From: Trueperaceae bacterium
GTDB lineage: Bacteria; Deinococcota; Deinococci; Deinococcales; Trueperaceae
Assembly: GCA_034520945.1 (NCBI GenBank)
Contig: JAXHNB010000006.1
Span: forward strand, 160,001 to 224,000
DNA: 64,000 nucleotides
Direction of reading: 5' to 3'
The notes under the pieces were generated by a model. The model saw nothing but the letters and a program-made list of their open reading frames with translations. It made no database searches and was not told the origin of the DNA. The position numbers were made by a program, and so were the translations under genes. Below, piece after piece: positions 39,901-52,400 of the stretch. Every line of letters begins with the position of its first letter. Position 1 is the first letter of the stretch.

Positions 39901-40476
39901 CGCGCCTACCGGCGGGGTGTGCACGACCAGTAGGGCGCTTCCCTGGGCGTCATCGACGGTGCAGTCGAGCGTGCGCGTCTCGGTGCCGGGTCCGCGGAGG
40001 ACCGCATCGCGAAGGTGCGCGCCGGCGGGGACGGCCACCTGCCAGACGGCGGGGTCGCTTGCGGTGTCGTCGCTGGGTGGCGTCGCCCGCAGGATCGCCC
40101 GCACCAGCAGGCCCCCCGCGTCGGGGTGGACCGTACGGTCGTGCATCTCGGCCGGCCCCGCCACGTGACCTTCTGAAGTACGCGGCGCACCTTCGGGCGA
40201 GGCGAGCCGCGCCGCGAGCGCATCCGCGTCGACGCCCTCGTCGAGGGCCAGGCGAAGGCTGGCCTCGACCTCGGTGCCCGGCACGAGAGCAGGCAGGGTG
40301 CAGCGCGCCACCCGGCCTGCCGTCACGTCCAGCCGCACGACGCTTTCGCGCTGGGCGGTCGGCCCCTGCGCCAGCGCGGGCGCGAGGACGGCGAGGAGGG
40401 AGACGAGGAGGACGAGGATCGAGCGCTTGGTGGACGTACGCCAGTCGTGAGGGAGAAGGAAGGCGTGGTGCCTCAT
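36931..40476 (-). CDS. Large secreted protein with Ig-like N-terminal half and probable C-terminal outer-membrane beta-barrel
   Basis: Signal peptide (LVLLVSLLAVLAPALAQ), DUF11-like segment (VHTPPVGASYLPGS...LTYAVR), and several hundred C-terminal residues of alternating Gly/aromatic strands ending GIYLRID. ATG 40476 overlaps the upstream stop (ATGA). Confidence 0.75.
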   Translation of the reverse strand: MRHHAFLLPHDWRTSTKRSILVLLVSLLAVLAPALAQGPTAQRESVVRLDVTAGRVARCTLPALVPGTEVEASLRLALDEGVDADALAARLASPEGAPRTSEGHVAGPAEMHDRTVHPDAGGLLVRAILRATPPSDDTASDPAVWQVAVPAGAHLRDAVLRGPGTETRTLDCTVDDAQGSALLVVHTPPVGASYLPGSTRVTLHPAGAGRSDGPVRAIEPVVLSDDALAWSLPYAAAATLTYAVRHEDPLAPLRPPDVTVRLDDRELRLLGNRGFDALEDARPATREALLLSPAPGTVFGPSERVVLDVLAEDGVTPELRINGVPYEGDVRFVRLGGRRAARFERVPLRVGANRVTVRASERHDELTLYRAGPPAGIEAMWDGGRGDLRTAPRVRVTVVDAAGLPTGRGTLTVASDVAVRTPDTDLRQAGHQLHLEGGEAMLELAPQPSATRVRLRFRFRPDDAPSDDEIRAETVLDLPGADRTLWIAQGQATARLVDPVELFGSVRGYLETPVAAGTLQAAVDVGADTTGLDLDRTLRREPDPDGRFPLTGTGREAVPALRSDDGVAVRYDDENVTVSYLAGALEVPGVERLPRASALRGEARLGAVELSGFAGLLPSETVQETIVPDGTRRYRLERRPQPGTETVQVVSDEGTRTLAPRLDYVLNASTGVLTLARPMLPTDPDLSEVRLEVTYAPNEVARDTVAGGLGVRYRDRSWSLEAGVAQTDVLRWGARAAYGGPLGPGDARLAIGARDDDVAGIGANLELGYVVGPLSLRGDATYQEARLRGSARAAVEVAGGSTVAAEHRAEDDAQRSSLLFEQRLPLAGEGRTATLGVGAGREWLDGTWDGLARGRLEVPGARLQLDHAQPLTGGRAATTGAQGRVALPGDVEANARLDYRWDEALDGSVQLERDLADATVSLAYELPGVDGAGNLARLGVDVPVPLDEHWALDGNVGLERDFDDGGTLAAFGGGVRYRTDALVADLASEVSVGSTTKWVARGGMSGQLTAHQVLSVYADYQLSPTRSGTATAAYAWRGGSTSLLTYHRLRDEPEKILLEGEAALTWHPNASLQVRPGVAYRVPFNEPEARTYQASLFVVGYRPLAGEREALRTVGLGVGGHALVLPAANALDAGISVEGQVEALDGLWLAVGYTFAGFEGLTPSSAGGIYLRIDAAASGQR

Positions 40477-43400
40477 CGTTCGCTCCACTCGAGGTACGGG
40501 TCGGTCATCGGGCTCTCCGGAGGCAGGTCGTAGTGGAAGGTGACGGTGTCGGTTCCGGCGGGGATTTCGAAGCGAGACGACCGTCCGTCGCCCGGGCGAG
40601 GATCGACCAGCACGACGTCACCGGTGGGGGACGCGACGCGCACTTCGAGGACCACGCGGATGCCCTCTTCGATCGGTACGTGACGCTTGTCGACGGTGAT
40701 CGGTCCCTGGCTCAGCCGGGTGGTGCGGACCGTGTCGGCCAGGCCAGCGCGCGGCACGAGCGGGAAGTCGCTGACGGTGACACCCTCGACACGCACCCGG
40801 TGCAGGAAGCCGTCGCCGACCGCCTCGGGGTGCGGCGCGGGCGCGAACGGCGCTGTGCGGCGGTCCAGCCTCACCGCCCAGACGCCACGCTCGACCTCCC
40901 GGAAGGCGTAGCGGCCCTCGACGTCGGTGGTGGTCTGCACGCCGCTGGCAAGGAGAACGCGCGCGTCGGGGAGGGGCGCGTCGATGTCCGGGTCGTACGC
41001 TCCGTCGCCGTTCACGTCGAGGTAGACGCGTCCGAGGAGCAGCGTGCGCTCACGGTCGAATACGCCCTGATCGATCGTGACGACCACGGCCGCCTCGTTG
41101 CTGGTCACGGGGCCTCCGCCCTCGCTGCCGCCATACGCGACGGCGAGGTTGCGCATCTCGCCTTCGGCCCCGGGCAGCACGCGGAGTTCGTAACCCACCT
41201 CCAGGCTTCCGCCTGGTCGTAATCGCAGATCGCGCCACACCAGCACCTCACGGCCATCGATCGGCGAGCGGTCCGGTCGAGCCTCGCCTCCCGGTTCGGG
41301 TGTCAGGTGCGCGCTTCCCTCGACCCAGGCGGTGCGCTCAGGGGGCGTGTCGACCAGGTCGAACACGATCGCCTCGTCGCCCGGATTGCTGATCCAGACG
41401 GTGTAAGGCACGCGCTCACCGACCTGGAACGGCCCTTCGCCGGCGCGCTTCTCCAGCAGCAGCGCCAGCTCGTCGTCGAACGGGACGTCGGTCGGCTCGT
41501 CCTCGCCGGGACCGCCGGGATCGCCGTCGCCGTCGGGGTCAGGGTCCAGACCGGGTGCCGAGGCGTCGTCGGTCGGCGCCCCGCTCGGGGCGCGTCCGCT
41601 CGCGAACGCCAGGTTCTCGAGCGTGCTCGTGCCCTCGCTCGGGCGGAGTCCCTCCAGGACGATGGTGATCGTCGCGCGGGCCTCGAAGGGGAGCGTCTGA
41701 CCGGGGGCCAGGAGTTCGTCGCGGTCGCGCCCGTCGAAGTCGGGCGACACGTCGAGATCGTCGCTCTCGACGCGGATGCGGTCGGCCCCCAGCCCGGCCC
41801 GTTCGTAGAAGACGCGCAGGTCGTCTTGGATGCTCAGGTCGCGCAGGTCGATGTCGCCGAGGTTTTCGAGCGTGAGCGTGAACGTGGCCCGGTACGACCC
41901 GTCGGCGACGCGCCGCACGGAGGCGTCCTTGGCGACGCCCAGCACCGGCGACTCGGGGAAGGTCACCTCCGTGGGGCCGCGCTCGTCGGGATCTCCGTCG
42001 CCGTCGGGATCGGGGTCCGCACCGTCGACGCTGTCGTCGCGCACGGGTTGGTCGGCGGGCGAGCGGCCGGTCGCGTCGGCCCGGTTCTCGTACGGGCCGA
42101 GGTCGCTGCCGGGCGTGACCTCCACGATCAGCGTGACGGTGGCGCGCTCGCCGACGGCGAGCGTCGAGGACGACGCGAGCAGCCCCACGCGTTGCGCGCC
42201 GTCGTAGCTCTCGGCCGCGACGAGAGGCGCGTCGGCGCGCACCTCCAGGACGCGCGCCTTGTCCTCGCCGAAGGTGGTCTCGAGGTCGTCGCGCAGGCCG
42301 ACGGCGTCGAGGTCGACGTCGCCAAGGTTCTCGAGCACGAAGCGGTAGGCGAGCGTGTAGCGGCCGTCCCGCTCGTTGCTCGGGTTAGCCGTGGGGCCGT
42401 CGCCGAAGTCGAAGGTGGCGGGCACGCGCTTGGCGACGCCCAGCACGGGGTTCTCGGTGAACGTCACGGCCGGACCGGTCGCGTCGTCCTCCGTTCCGGT
42501 GCCGGCGGGGCTGGTGCCGCTCGCCTGCGCGTCGTTCACGTACGGCCCGAGGTCGCGTCCGGGGGTGACGCGCAGCACGAGGTCGACCGTCGCGCTGGCG
42601 CCGGCGGCGAGCGTCTGTCCGTCGGCTACCAGGTTCGTGGTGGAGACGCCGTCGTAGCCGGCGTTGGGGTCGAGACCGCTCGCCTCGACCCGGAGCACCT
42701 CGACGGCGTCGGCGGCGGCGAAGGCGGTTGCGAGGTCGTCGTCGATGCGCAGGTCGCGCAGCTCGACGTCGCCGGTGTTCTCGACGTCGAGGCGGTAGGC
42801 GAGGTCGTAGCTGCCGTCGCCGTTGTTGCGGGGGTTCGCGCCGGTGCCGCCGTCGAAGGCGTAGCGCTCCGGCACGGTCTTGCTCAGGGTCAGGGCGGGC
42901 GCCTCGCGCAGCGTGACGGGCGTGGGGCCGGCGTTGTTGGTCGGATCGCCGTCGCCGTTCAGGCTGGCGTCGCCCCCGTCGGGATCCCCCTGATCGGGGT
43001 CGCTGCCGTCGTTCGAGGCGTCCTCGACCCGCTGGCCGCCCGGGCTGGTGCCGCCGGCGTCGGCGCGGTTCTCGAGCAGCAGCTCGCCGTCGGCGAGGGC
43101 AGTGCCGGGCCGCACGACGACCTCGACAGCGGCCTCGTAGCTCGCGCCCACGGGCAGCGTCTGCCCCGGCGCGAGGAGCTCGCTTCCGGCCGCGCCGTCG
43201 TAGGCGTCGCCGGTGGTGGTCAGGTCGCCGTCGACGCCGCGGACCTCTTCGATCGCCTCCACGGCGGCGTACTGACCCTGCAGGTCGTCCTGGATGGACA
43301 GGTCGCTCAGCGGCACGTCGCCGAAGTTCACGAGCGTGAAGCGCAGCTCGATCCGGTAGCGGCCGTCGCCCAGGTTCTCCGCCGCCGCGACCCGCTTGGC

Positions 43401-46400
43401 GAGGCCCAGGGCGGGCGATTCGAAGGTGAACGGCGTGGGCGAGGCGTCGTCGCCCGGGTCGCCGTTCTCGTCAGGATCGGGATCCTCGCCCGCCACGCTG
43501 TCGTCGTCCGTGGGGGTCTCGCCCGGACCCTCGCCGCTGGCGACGGCGGTGTTCTCGTAGTCGGCGCTGGGGTCGTCGGGCGTGACGCGCAGCGTGAGGG
43601 TCACCGTGCCGGTCGGCACGGCTCCGCCGGTCGGGCCCGGCAGGGCGCTCTGCGTCGTATCGAGCAGCTGCAGCGTTCCGGCTGGGTCGCTCTGGCCCAC
43701 GAGGGCGGCGTTCGGCACGAGACCGCCGTCGGCCGTCAGGGCCTGAATCGTGTAGGCCGAGTTCTGCAGGCTGGTGGCGAGATCGTCCTCCAGCCCGACG
43801 TCTTGCAGCGGCACGTCGCCGTAGTTGCCCAGTACGAACGCGAACGTCACGTCGAACACGCCCGGCGAGCCGTCCACCGCGGCGAGCTCCACGAAGCGCT
43901 TGGCGACGCCGATGCGGGGATCCTCGCGGAACGTCGTCTCGGCGTCGCCGTCGTCCGTCACCTGAATGTCGGCAGGGCTGGTTCCCTCAGCCGTGGCCTG
44001 GTTCTGGTAGGGGCCGAGGTCGGCGGCGGGGGTGATCCGCACGGTCAGGGTGAGGGTGGCGGTGTCGCCGACGTCGAGACTTTGGTTCGGGGCGAGGAGG
44101 CCGGTGTCGCTGTCGCCGTCGTAGGCGCCGTTGACATCGAGGTCGGGACTGGCGAGGGACAGGACGGTGAAGCTGGTGGCGTCGGCGAAGGTGCCGGTGA
44201 GATCGTCATTGGCCTGGACGCCCGCGAGACTGACGTCGCCCGTGTTTTCGAGGGCGAGGGTGTAGGCGAGGTCGTACGTGCCGTCGCCGTTGTTGCGGGG
44301 GTTGGGCTCGGCGGCACCTCCACCGAAGGCGAACGTGTCGGGGGCGTTCTTGGCCAGCGTCAGGGCGGGCGCTTCGGCGAACGTGACCGGCGTCGGCCCG
44401 GCATCGTCGCCGGGATCCCCGTTGCCGCTCGCGTCCGGATCGGTGCCGGCGACGCTGTCGTCCGTCACCTGGACGTTGGCGGGGCTGGTTCCCTCGGCGG
44501 ATGCCTGGTTGTCGTAGGGGCCGAGGTCGGCGGCGGGGGTGATGCGGAGGGTGAGGGTGATCGTGGCGGTTTGGCCGACGTCGAGGGTTTGGTTCGGGGC
44601 GAGGAGGCCCTGGTCGGTGTCGCCGTCGTACCCGTTGGTCCCGTCGTTGACGTCGAGGTCGGGGCTGGCGAGGCCGAGGACGGTGTAGCCGGCGGCGTCG
44701 TCGAAGGTAGCGCTGAGATCGTCGGTGATCTGGACGTTCGTGAGGTCGACGTCGCCGGTGTTGGTGAGGGTGAGGGTGTAGGCGAGGTCGTACGTGCCGT
44801 CGCCGTTGTTGTGGGGGTTGTCCTCGGCGCCGCCCCCGAAATCGAAGCTGGTGGGCACGGCCTTGGCGATTCCGATGGCGGGAGATTCGTCGAACGTCGT
44901 GCTCGGCGCCGTCGCCGTGTCGTCGGCCGTACCGCCGCTCGGCGTCGTGCCGGTCGCGCTGGCGTCGTTGTCGTAGGGGCCGAGGTCGGCGGCGGGGGTG
45001 ATGCGGAGGGTGAGGGTGATCGTGGTGGTTTGGCCGACGTCGAGGGCCTGGTTCGGGGCGAGGAGACCCTGGTCGGTGTCGCCGTCATAGGTGTCGTTGA
45101 CGCCCAGGGTAGAGCTGTCGAGGTCGAGGATGCTGGTGTTGGCGGCGTCGTCGAAGGTAGCGCTGAGATCGTCGGTGATCTGGACGTTCGTGAGGTCGAC
45201 GTCGCCGGTGTTGGTGAGGGTGAGGGTGTAGGCGAGGTCGTAGGTGCCGTCGCCGTTGTTGCGGGGGTTGTCCTCGGCGCCGTCCCCGAAATCGAAGGTG
45301 GCGGGCGCGGCCTTGCTGAGCGAGAGGTTCTCGTCGTCGGCGAGCACGACCGGCGTCGGGTCCTGCTCGGTCGGATCGCCGTCACCGTCACCGTCGGGGT
45401 CCGGGTCGTTCCCGTCGGTCGAGACGTCGTCGGGGGCGTCGATTCCGCCCTCGCTGGTGGCGCTGCCCGTGGCTGCGTTGTCGTAGTTCGCCAGGTCGGT
45501 CGGCGCATCGGGCGTGACGAGCACGCCGAGGGTCACCGTCGCGCTGGCGCCGATCGCCAGCGTCGACGACGCCGCGTCGAGCAGTTGCTGCGCGCCGTCA
45601 CCGGTCGTGGCGCCCACGACGCCACCCGCTTCGGTAAGCGACCCCGTGGCCGTGAGCGACGTGATCTCCCACGACGGCCCGGCCGGGCCGAACGTCGCGT
45701 CGAGATCCTCGGTCAGGCCTACGTCGGCGAGCGACACGTCGCCGAGGTTCTCGAGCGTGAAGACGAACTCCAGGTCGTAGGTGCCGTCGGCGTTCGGTGC
45801 GGGCATCGGACCGTCGACCAGGCGCTTCGCGACGCCCAGGGTCGGATCCGCGGTGGTGGCCGAGGCCGAGTCGTCGGTTGCGTACGAGCGTTGCTCGGGC
45901 TCGTCGTCGTCCGCGAGCGACTGGTACCCGAGGCCCGCGGTGTTCGTGATCGTCGCGCTCGCGGTGGAGCCGGCATCGAGCGTCGCACGGTACGTGATCG
46001 TGACCGTCTCGCCTTCGGGAAGATCGGACACGTCGACCCCGACCGTGTCGGCGTCGCTCCGCGCGAGGTCGACGGTCGCGCCCGAGGGCGCCGTGACATC
46101 GCTGGCCGTTGGCGTAGCGAGCGTCAGGCCCGCGGGCACGTCGTCGGTGACGGCGAGGTCGTACGCGGTGGCGTCCGAGTCGCTCGTGTGCGCGATCGTG
46201 ACGAGATACTCGACCTCGTCGCCGACGTCCAGCGAGGACGCATCGCCGTCGGAGGCCGTGCCGTTGCCGGTCACCGCGACGATCTCCTTGGTCACCGTCA
46301 GCTCCGGCTCTTCGATGGTGAGCGTGGCCGTCGCTTCTGGTGTGCCGCCGTCGCTTTCGGGATCGGTGAACGACAGCGAGACGTCGTTCGTCAGCTCGCT

Positions 46401-49400
46401 TCCGCGCGTCACGCCCGTCTCGTCGAGCACGCGCGCGGTCACCACGACGTCAAAGGTGTCGTCGGTGGCGTCGTCGTTCGCCGTCGCCGTCACGTCGCCG
46501 AAATCCAGCGAGAAGGTTCCTCCGCTGTCGCTCGATCCCGGGACCGTCTCGCTCGGAGTGGGCAACGTGCCGCCGAACGCCCCCGCGTCGACGCTGTGGC
46601 TCAGGTATCCAAGACCCGTGGGCAGCGTGTCGGACAGAACGAGATCCCGCGTGATGCCCTCAGGCAGCGTCACGGTCACCGTGAAGGCGACGGGCGCCCC
46701 GACCGGTGCGGTGGCCGGGTCGACGCTCTTCGAGACGGTCGGCTCGGCAAGGCTGGTCGTCACCTCGTTGCTGTAGGTGGGGCCGTAGCTTGCCTGATCG
46801 CCATCGGACGCCTCGCTGAAGGTCTCGTTGTCGCCGTCGGACATGGATGTTCCGGTGCCGGGCAGGCTGTCGTAGGCGACCTTTGCTTGGTTGGCGATGC
46901 TGCCGCCCGCTGGGGCGGTGGCGATCACCGTCGCGTCGATCGTCACCGTCACGGTTTCGTCCGGGTCGATCGCGTCGAGGACGAGGTTGACCTTCGTCGC
47001 GTCGCTGTCGTCGGTCGTGATGGTCGGCGCGGGGGATACCGTGCTGGTCACCGCCGCGGCCGGCAGGGCGGCGTCGGCGCGCTCGAGTAGGGGATCGAGC
47101 GGGTCGGTCACTGCCACGTCGAAGGCGGTGGCAGTCCCCGTGTTCTTGAAGGTCAGCTCGTACTGAACGGCGTCGCCGGCGTCCGTCGGCGCCGTGACGA
47201 GGCTCTTGACGGGCGTCCCCAAGTCGGGCTCGACGACGTCGACCGTGACGGGTTCGGCCGTCGCGGCGTCGCTGCCGTCGCTCCGGACGGCGGCCTCGTT
47301 GTCGAGCGTGTCGCCGTCCTCGGCCGGACGGGCGACGAGGACATCGAACTCGATCCGGAGGGTCTCGGTCCCAGCGTCGTCGTCGGCGTTCGTCACAACA
47401 CCGAAGTCGAAGGTGATGGTCGCTCCGTCGTTCGAGGTCGTCGGAATCGGATTGGCCGAGACGCCGAACGTCGGGGTGTTTTGAAAGCCTTCCGGGGTTA
47501 CCGCGGCGCTGCCTTCCAGGTTGTCGACCGCCGTGAGGCCGTCGGGCAAGTCGTCCACCACCGTCAGGCCCGGCGTCTCACCCTCTGGGACGTCGACCTC
47601 CAGGCGATAGCGCACGATTTCGCCAATGGTTGCGTCGGTCGCGTCCGTACCGGCCTGGGTGCTCGGCTCGGACGTTCCGACGATCGACTTGCGAATGGCA
47701 AGATTGCGCACCGTGATCTGCGAGATGCCGTTGGCTACGTAGTCGTTCGGGTCCTCGTTGCCGAGATCCCCATCGCTGCCATTCCGTTCGCCGTCGTCGT
47801 CCCCGCTAGCGCCTGGCGTCCGGCTTCCGTTGCCTAGCAGGCCCGTGTAGCGCACGGACGGCGTCGTCGTGATGATGTCGCCGGGCGTGGCATCGCCGGT
47901 CAGGCGAACGCGGATCTTCACCGTTACGTCGTCTCCGACGTGGAGCTCGTCGATCGAGACCGAGACGGTGCCCGTCGCCGTGCTCGAGGATGACGTGTCC
48001 GCTGTCACATACGCTGGAACGTTCGCCGTTGTGACGGAGACCAGCTCGAGCCCGGCAGGCAGGGTTTCGTCGAGGACGAGTTCGAACGCATCGGCATCGC
48101 CGTCGTTGGCGATCACGAAGTCGAGGACGGCTTCGTCCCTCGCGTCGGCCCCGGACAGGTCACCACTTGCGTCGATCGTGCCGACGCCGTCGGTCGAAAC
48201 GACATCGCTCGAGAGGGTCAGGTCCGGCTCGACCAGAGTGACGTCCTCCGACGCACTCGTCGCGCGGACGGTTCCGCCGACCAGGACGTCGAACCTGTTG
48301 GCAAACGTGGCGCCGGCAGCGAAGGTGGTGCCCGAGGTGTCCGGAGCGACGTTGAGGACGAGCACGTCGAATTCGATCAAGATTGTCTCGTCGTCCGGAT
48401 CGCTGTCGTTGTTGACGACCTCTCCGAAGTCGAACTCGAGGCGCGTGCGGCCGGGTTTTGGCGTGTCGTCGGATTCTTGTGCCGTCGGACTCGGAGAACC
48501 AAAGGTCGCCGTATCGTCGAAATTGGTGGTGTCGATCGTGAGCGTGCTGTCGAGATTGATCGGAGCGAGACCCAAAGGCAGGTCGTCGCGCACGGTCAGG
48601 TTGGAACTCGTCCCCTCGGGCACGACCACCTCGAGCTCGTAGCGCACGACCTCGCCGATCGCGACGTCACTGCCTTGCGTGCGAGATTCGGACGTGTCGA
48701 TCAGGAGCTTCGCGGCCTGTGGCGAGCGCACGTCGAAGGTGGCGGTGCCACTGCGCGTGTAGTCGTTGGGCGGGTTGGGCGACGTGCCGCTTCCCGTTCG
48801 CTCTCCACCGGCGGTGCCGGGGTCTCCTGCCTGTGAGCCGGTACCGTTGTCAGCCGTACCTTCGCCCGGCAGGCTGGTGAAGGTCAGGTTCGCCGTGTTA
48901 ACGATTTGCTCGGACGGTTCCGCGCCGATTTGAACCGTCGTATCGACCGTGACGGTGACCTTCTCGCCGGGGTCGAGGCGGTCGATGGTGAGGTCGATGG
49001 TGTTTCCCGAGCTGTTGTCGGTGATGTTCGGTGCGTTGTCGATGGTCGTGGTGGTGATCGAGACGTTTGTGACGGTCAGCGGGGTTGGGACGATGTCGGT
49101 GAGCTGGAGGTCGAAGGCGGCGGTGTTGCCGCCGGTCACGACGATCTCGAACGTCGGCGTATCGTTTGCGTCGCCGGTCGCGGCGCCGACAACACTCTTG
49201 TCCACGGTCGGCAACGGCTCGCGGACCGTGACGGACTCCTGCGCAGGTCCCGACGAGGTGGTGCTCGTCTCCGCGGTCACGCTGTTCTGTAGGACGTCGG
49301 TGTCTTGGTTGCTCGCGACGTTCTCGACGAGCGCGTTGAACTCGACGGTGAGGATCTCGTCATCGGCGTCGTTATCACTGTTGACAACGTCGCCCACGTT

Positions 49401-52400
49401 GATTCGCAACTGGTGAGCGCCCGCGTCGTACGTGATGTCGTCGCTGGAAACCGTGACGCCGCCCAGCCCGTTGCGGGTCGTGACCTTCACGGTGTCGGGC
49501 ACGTCCACGGCGGTGAGGCCATCGGGGAGCTGATCCTCGATGACGAGGCCTTCGGTGGTGCCTTCGGGCACGACCACGTCGACTTCGTAGCGAACGATTT
49601 CGCCGATGGTGACGTCGCTGCCGCTGGTGTGGGCTTCCGACGTCGCGACGACCGACTTGCTGATGGACGGTTCGTCGGTGGTGACGGTCGCGTCGTCGGA
49701 CGGTCGGAGGGCGGGCGCCAGGTTCGTCCCGTCCTCGCGCCCAGCGAAGCTCTCGATGGTGGAGGTGTTGGCGTAGTCCGTGGACGGCGTGACCGTGTCG
49801 GGCAACGTCACGCGGTACGTGATGACGGCGATGTTCGAACCGTCGCTCGTGGGGGCGCCGTCGACGACGCCAGGTGCGAGGACGTCGTCGATCTCGAGAC
49901 CGGCGCCGAACAGGTCGGACAACGTATCGCTCGTCGCCAGCGGCGTGTCGTTGCCCGCTCGAACCTTCAGATTCGAAGCGTCGCCGATGGTGAGCCCTGC
50001 CGGCAGATCGTCTGCCACGATCACGTCTCGCGCACCACCGACGCCGGAGCCCGTGTTCTCCACGATGATGGCGAAGGTGATCACGTCGCCCGCGTCGACG
50101 CCGCTCAGGTCCTGGTCGAAAGCGTCCCGGTTCGTCGTCGAGGTGATCGACGTGGAGGGGAAGGGGAACGTCGGCTGGCTGTCCAACTGGCTGTTCGTGA
50201 CGGCGACGACGCCCTTGCTCACGTTCAGCTCGGGGCGCGTGTACACCACCTGGACGATCGCGTCCGAGGCGAGATTCTGGGTCGTGCTGTCGGACGTGCT
50301 GGCCCGGGCCGATCCGAGGTTGGTCAGCAGCAGCCGGTCGGAGAACGCGGCGTCCTCGGTTCGAAGAGTGATCAGCAGGTCGATCGTGCTGGGGTTCGAA
50401 CCGGCATCGTTGTTGCTATCGAAGTCGAACGCGACGGAGTTCGTCGCCGCGTGCACCGAAACGGTGGGATCTGACGAGAAGTCGTGCGTAGGTCCATACG
50501 CCCATGCTCCAGCCGTCGGGACCGCGCCCGCGTCGGTGACGAAGTCCAGCGACCCGGGCAGGCTATCCACGTCGAAGACGGGGAGGGGGAAATAGTCGCG
50601 GATCTCGAGATCTTCGAAATCGCTGGTGGGAAGGTCCAGGGTCAGCCGGTACGTGACGGACGAGCCGGGGGCGAATTCGGGCGGCTCGGGCGCCAGCACG
50701 CCGTCGATGGCGTAAAGCGCTTTGCCGAGCGTGGGCGTCGGGACGCGTACCGAAGCCGAGCTCGTGTCGTCGTCCGTCTGCCGCGTCGTCGTCAGGTCGC
50801 TCGGGTCGAGGATCTCGCCGCGAGCGGCGACATCGTTCGTCAGGACGTCGCCCTGAACGACGGTGGTTTCGTCCGACGCGGGAGCCTTCCGGTACGTCTC
50901 CATGATGTCGGCGAGGAACGTGAGGGTCAGCGTGGTCGGCCCCGCGTCGTAGGCGTTGCAGTCGACCGTTCCGCCGCTCGGAGGCACGCATCCTCCGAGG
51001 ACCCGGCCGTCCTCGGCGCCATCGATGTCGGCGTCATCCAAGGCGGTCGAGACGTCGAACGTCAGCGTCGTGGTGCCATCGTCGACGTTCGAGGTTTCGC
51101 TCGCCGCGATCGTGATCGTGCCACCGGCGCCAGCACCGGTGTTCAGCGTGACCTCGGGGCTCGGGTCGTCGACGAAGGCGAGTCCGTCGCCAAGGTCGTC
51201 CGTCACGACGAGCTCGTCGAACGCCGAGTCGTCGCTGATCTGGATGTCGACCACGTACTCGACACGGTCGCCCGGTGTGGGGCCGGTCGCGCCCTGGTCC
51301 GTGTCCAGCGAGGCACGCTTCTGGACGGTGAGCAGCCCATTCACCGGCTGGACGTCCTCGCCTTCGTTGTTGACCAGTTGGAGCACGTGGTCGTCCGCCG
51401 CCGAAAGCTGCTCGGTAGCGTCCCTCGTGTCGAAGGGTTCCCAGGTCCCGTCGACCGCGAGGGTGTTCGTCGCCTGCTTCTTGTTTCCTTGGTCGCCCGA
51501 CGGGACGCCGTCCGCGTCGGTGAGCGGAACGTAGAACGAGAACGTCACCTCGGCGTCGACGCCGGGATCGCCCGTGAGCGAGCCGAACGCCACCTCGAGC
51601 GTGCCGCCCTTCTCGTGGGCGAGCGGAGCCAACTCGACGGAGCCTCCGCCATCGTCATCGACGGCCAAGAACGCGAGGTTGCCTGGGAGCACATCAGTCA
51701 GTACGAGGTCGGCCACCGTCTGCCCGTCGGGGATGTCGACCGTCAGCCGGTACTGCCGAGGGAAGTTCTTTCCGATGGCCGTCTCGTTCTCGGGTCCCGA
51801 ATAGGACTTCGACGCCGTGAGGACGCGCGGCTCCACCAGGCTCGTAGCGGCCTGTTCGATCTCCTGCACGACTTGCGGATCGTCGTCGGGGTTGTCGAGC
51901 GCGTTCCCGCCCAGGAAGAACCCACCACGGCCCTGGATTTCGAGAGAAGGCGTGAGGTCCGCAAGGTTCGACAACTCGAGGTCGACCTCCACGTCGATCG
52001 GCGGCTGGCCTGGCGTGACGGAGCCGAAGGGCGGCTCGATCACGACCAGCGCGTCGCCGACGCCGTAACCGGCGGGGGCCGGCACCATCACCGGTTGCCC
52101 CGTGTCGTCGACGAGGAGCGGATGCTCCGCGACGGCGGAGCCCGTACCGTCATCCTCGAAGTCGACGACGGTGTACGCTACGTTCGAACCGAGGTAGCGC
52201 GCGCCGGTGACGGAGACGCCGTCGTCGACGCCGTCGTCGCCGTCCATTCCCGTCACGGGGACGATCAGGTCGATGAACGGACCGTAGCCGGTGGCGTCGC
52301 GCCCGTCGAAGCTCGCAACGAGCGTAGACGTTCCGCCCAGCGGAACGGCGCCAGGGCTCGAGAGCTCGACATCGACTGCCGGAGGTTGCGCAAGCGCCAG

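Noticed and set aside
43940..45310. Repeats as a CRISPR array or mobile-element ends
   Set aside because: The units are ~450-500 bp in-frame protein domains with no short repeat-spacer periodicity and no cas or transposase genes.
41307..47090. 1927-aa plus-strand ORF
   Set aside because: It is the antisense shadow of the giant adhesin. Codon bias removes antisense stops, and the translation has no recognisable motifs.
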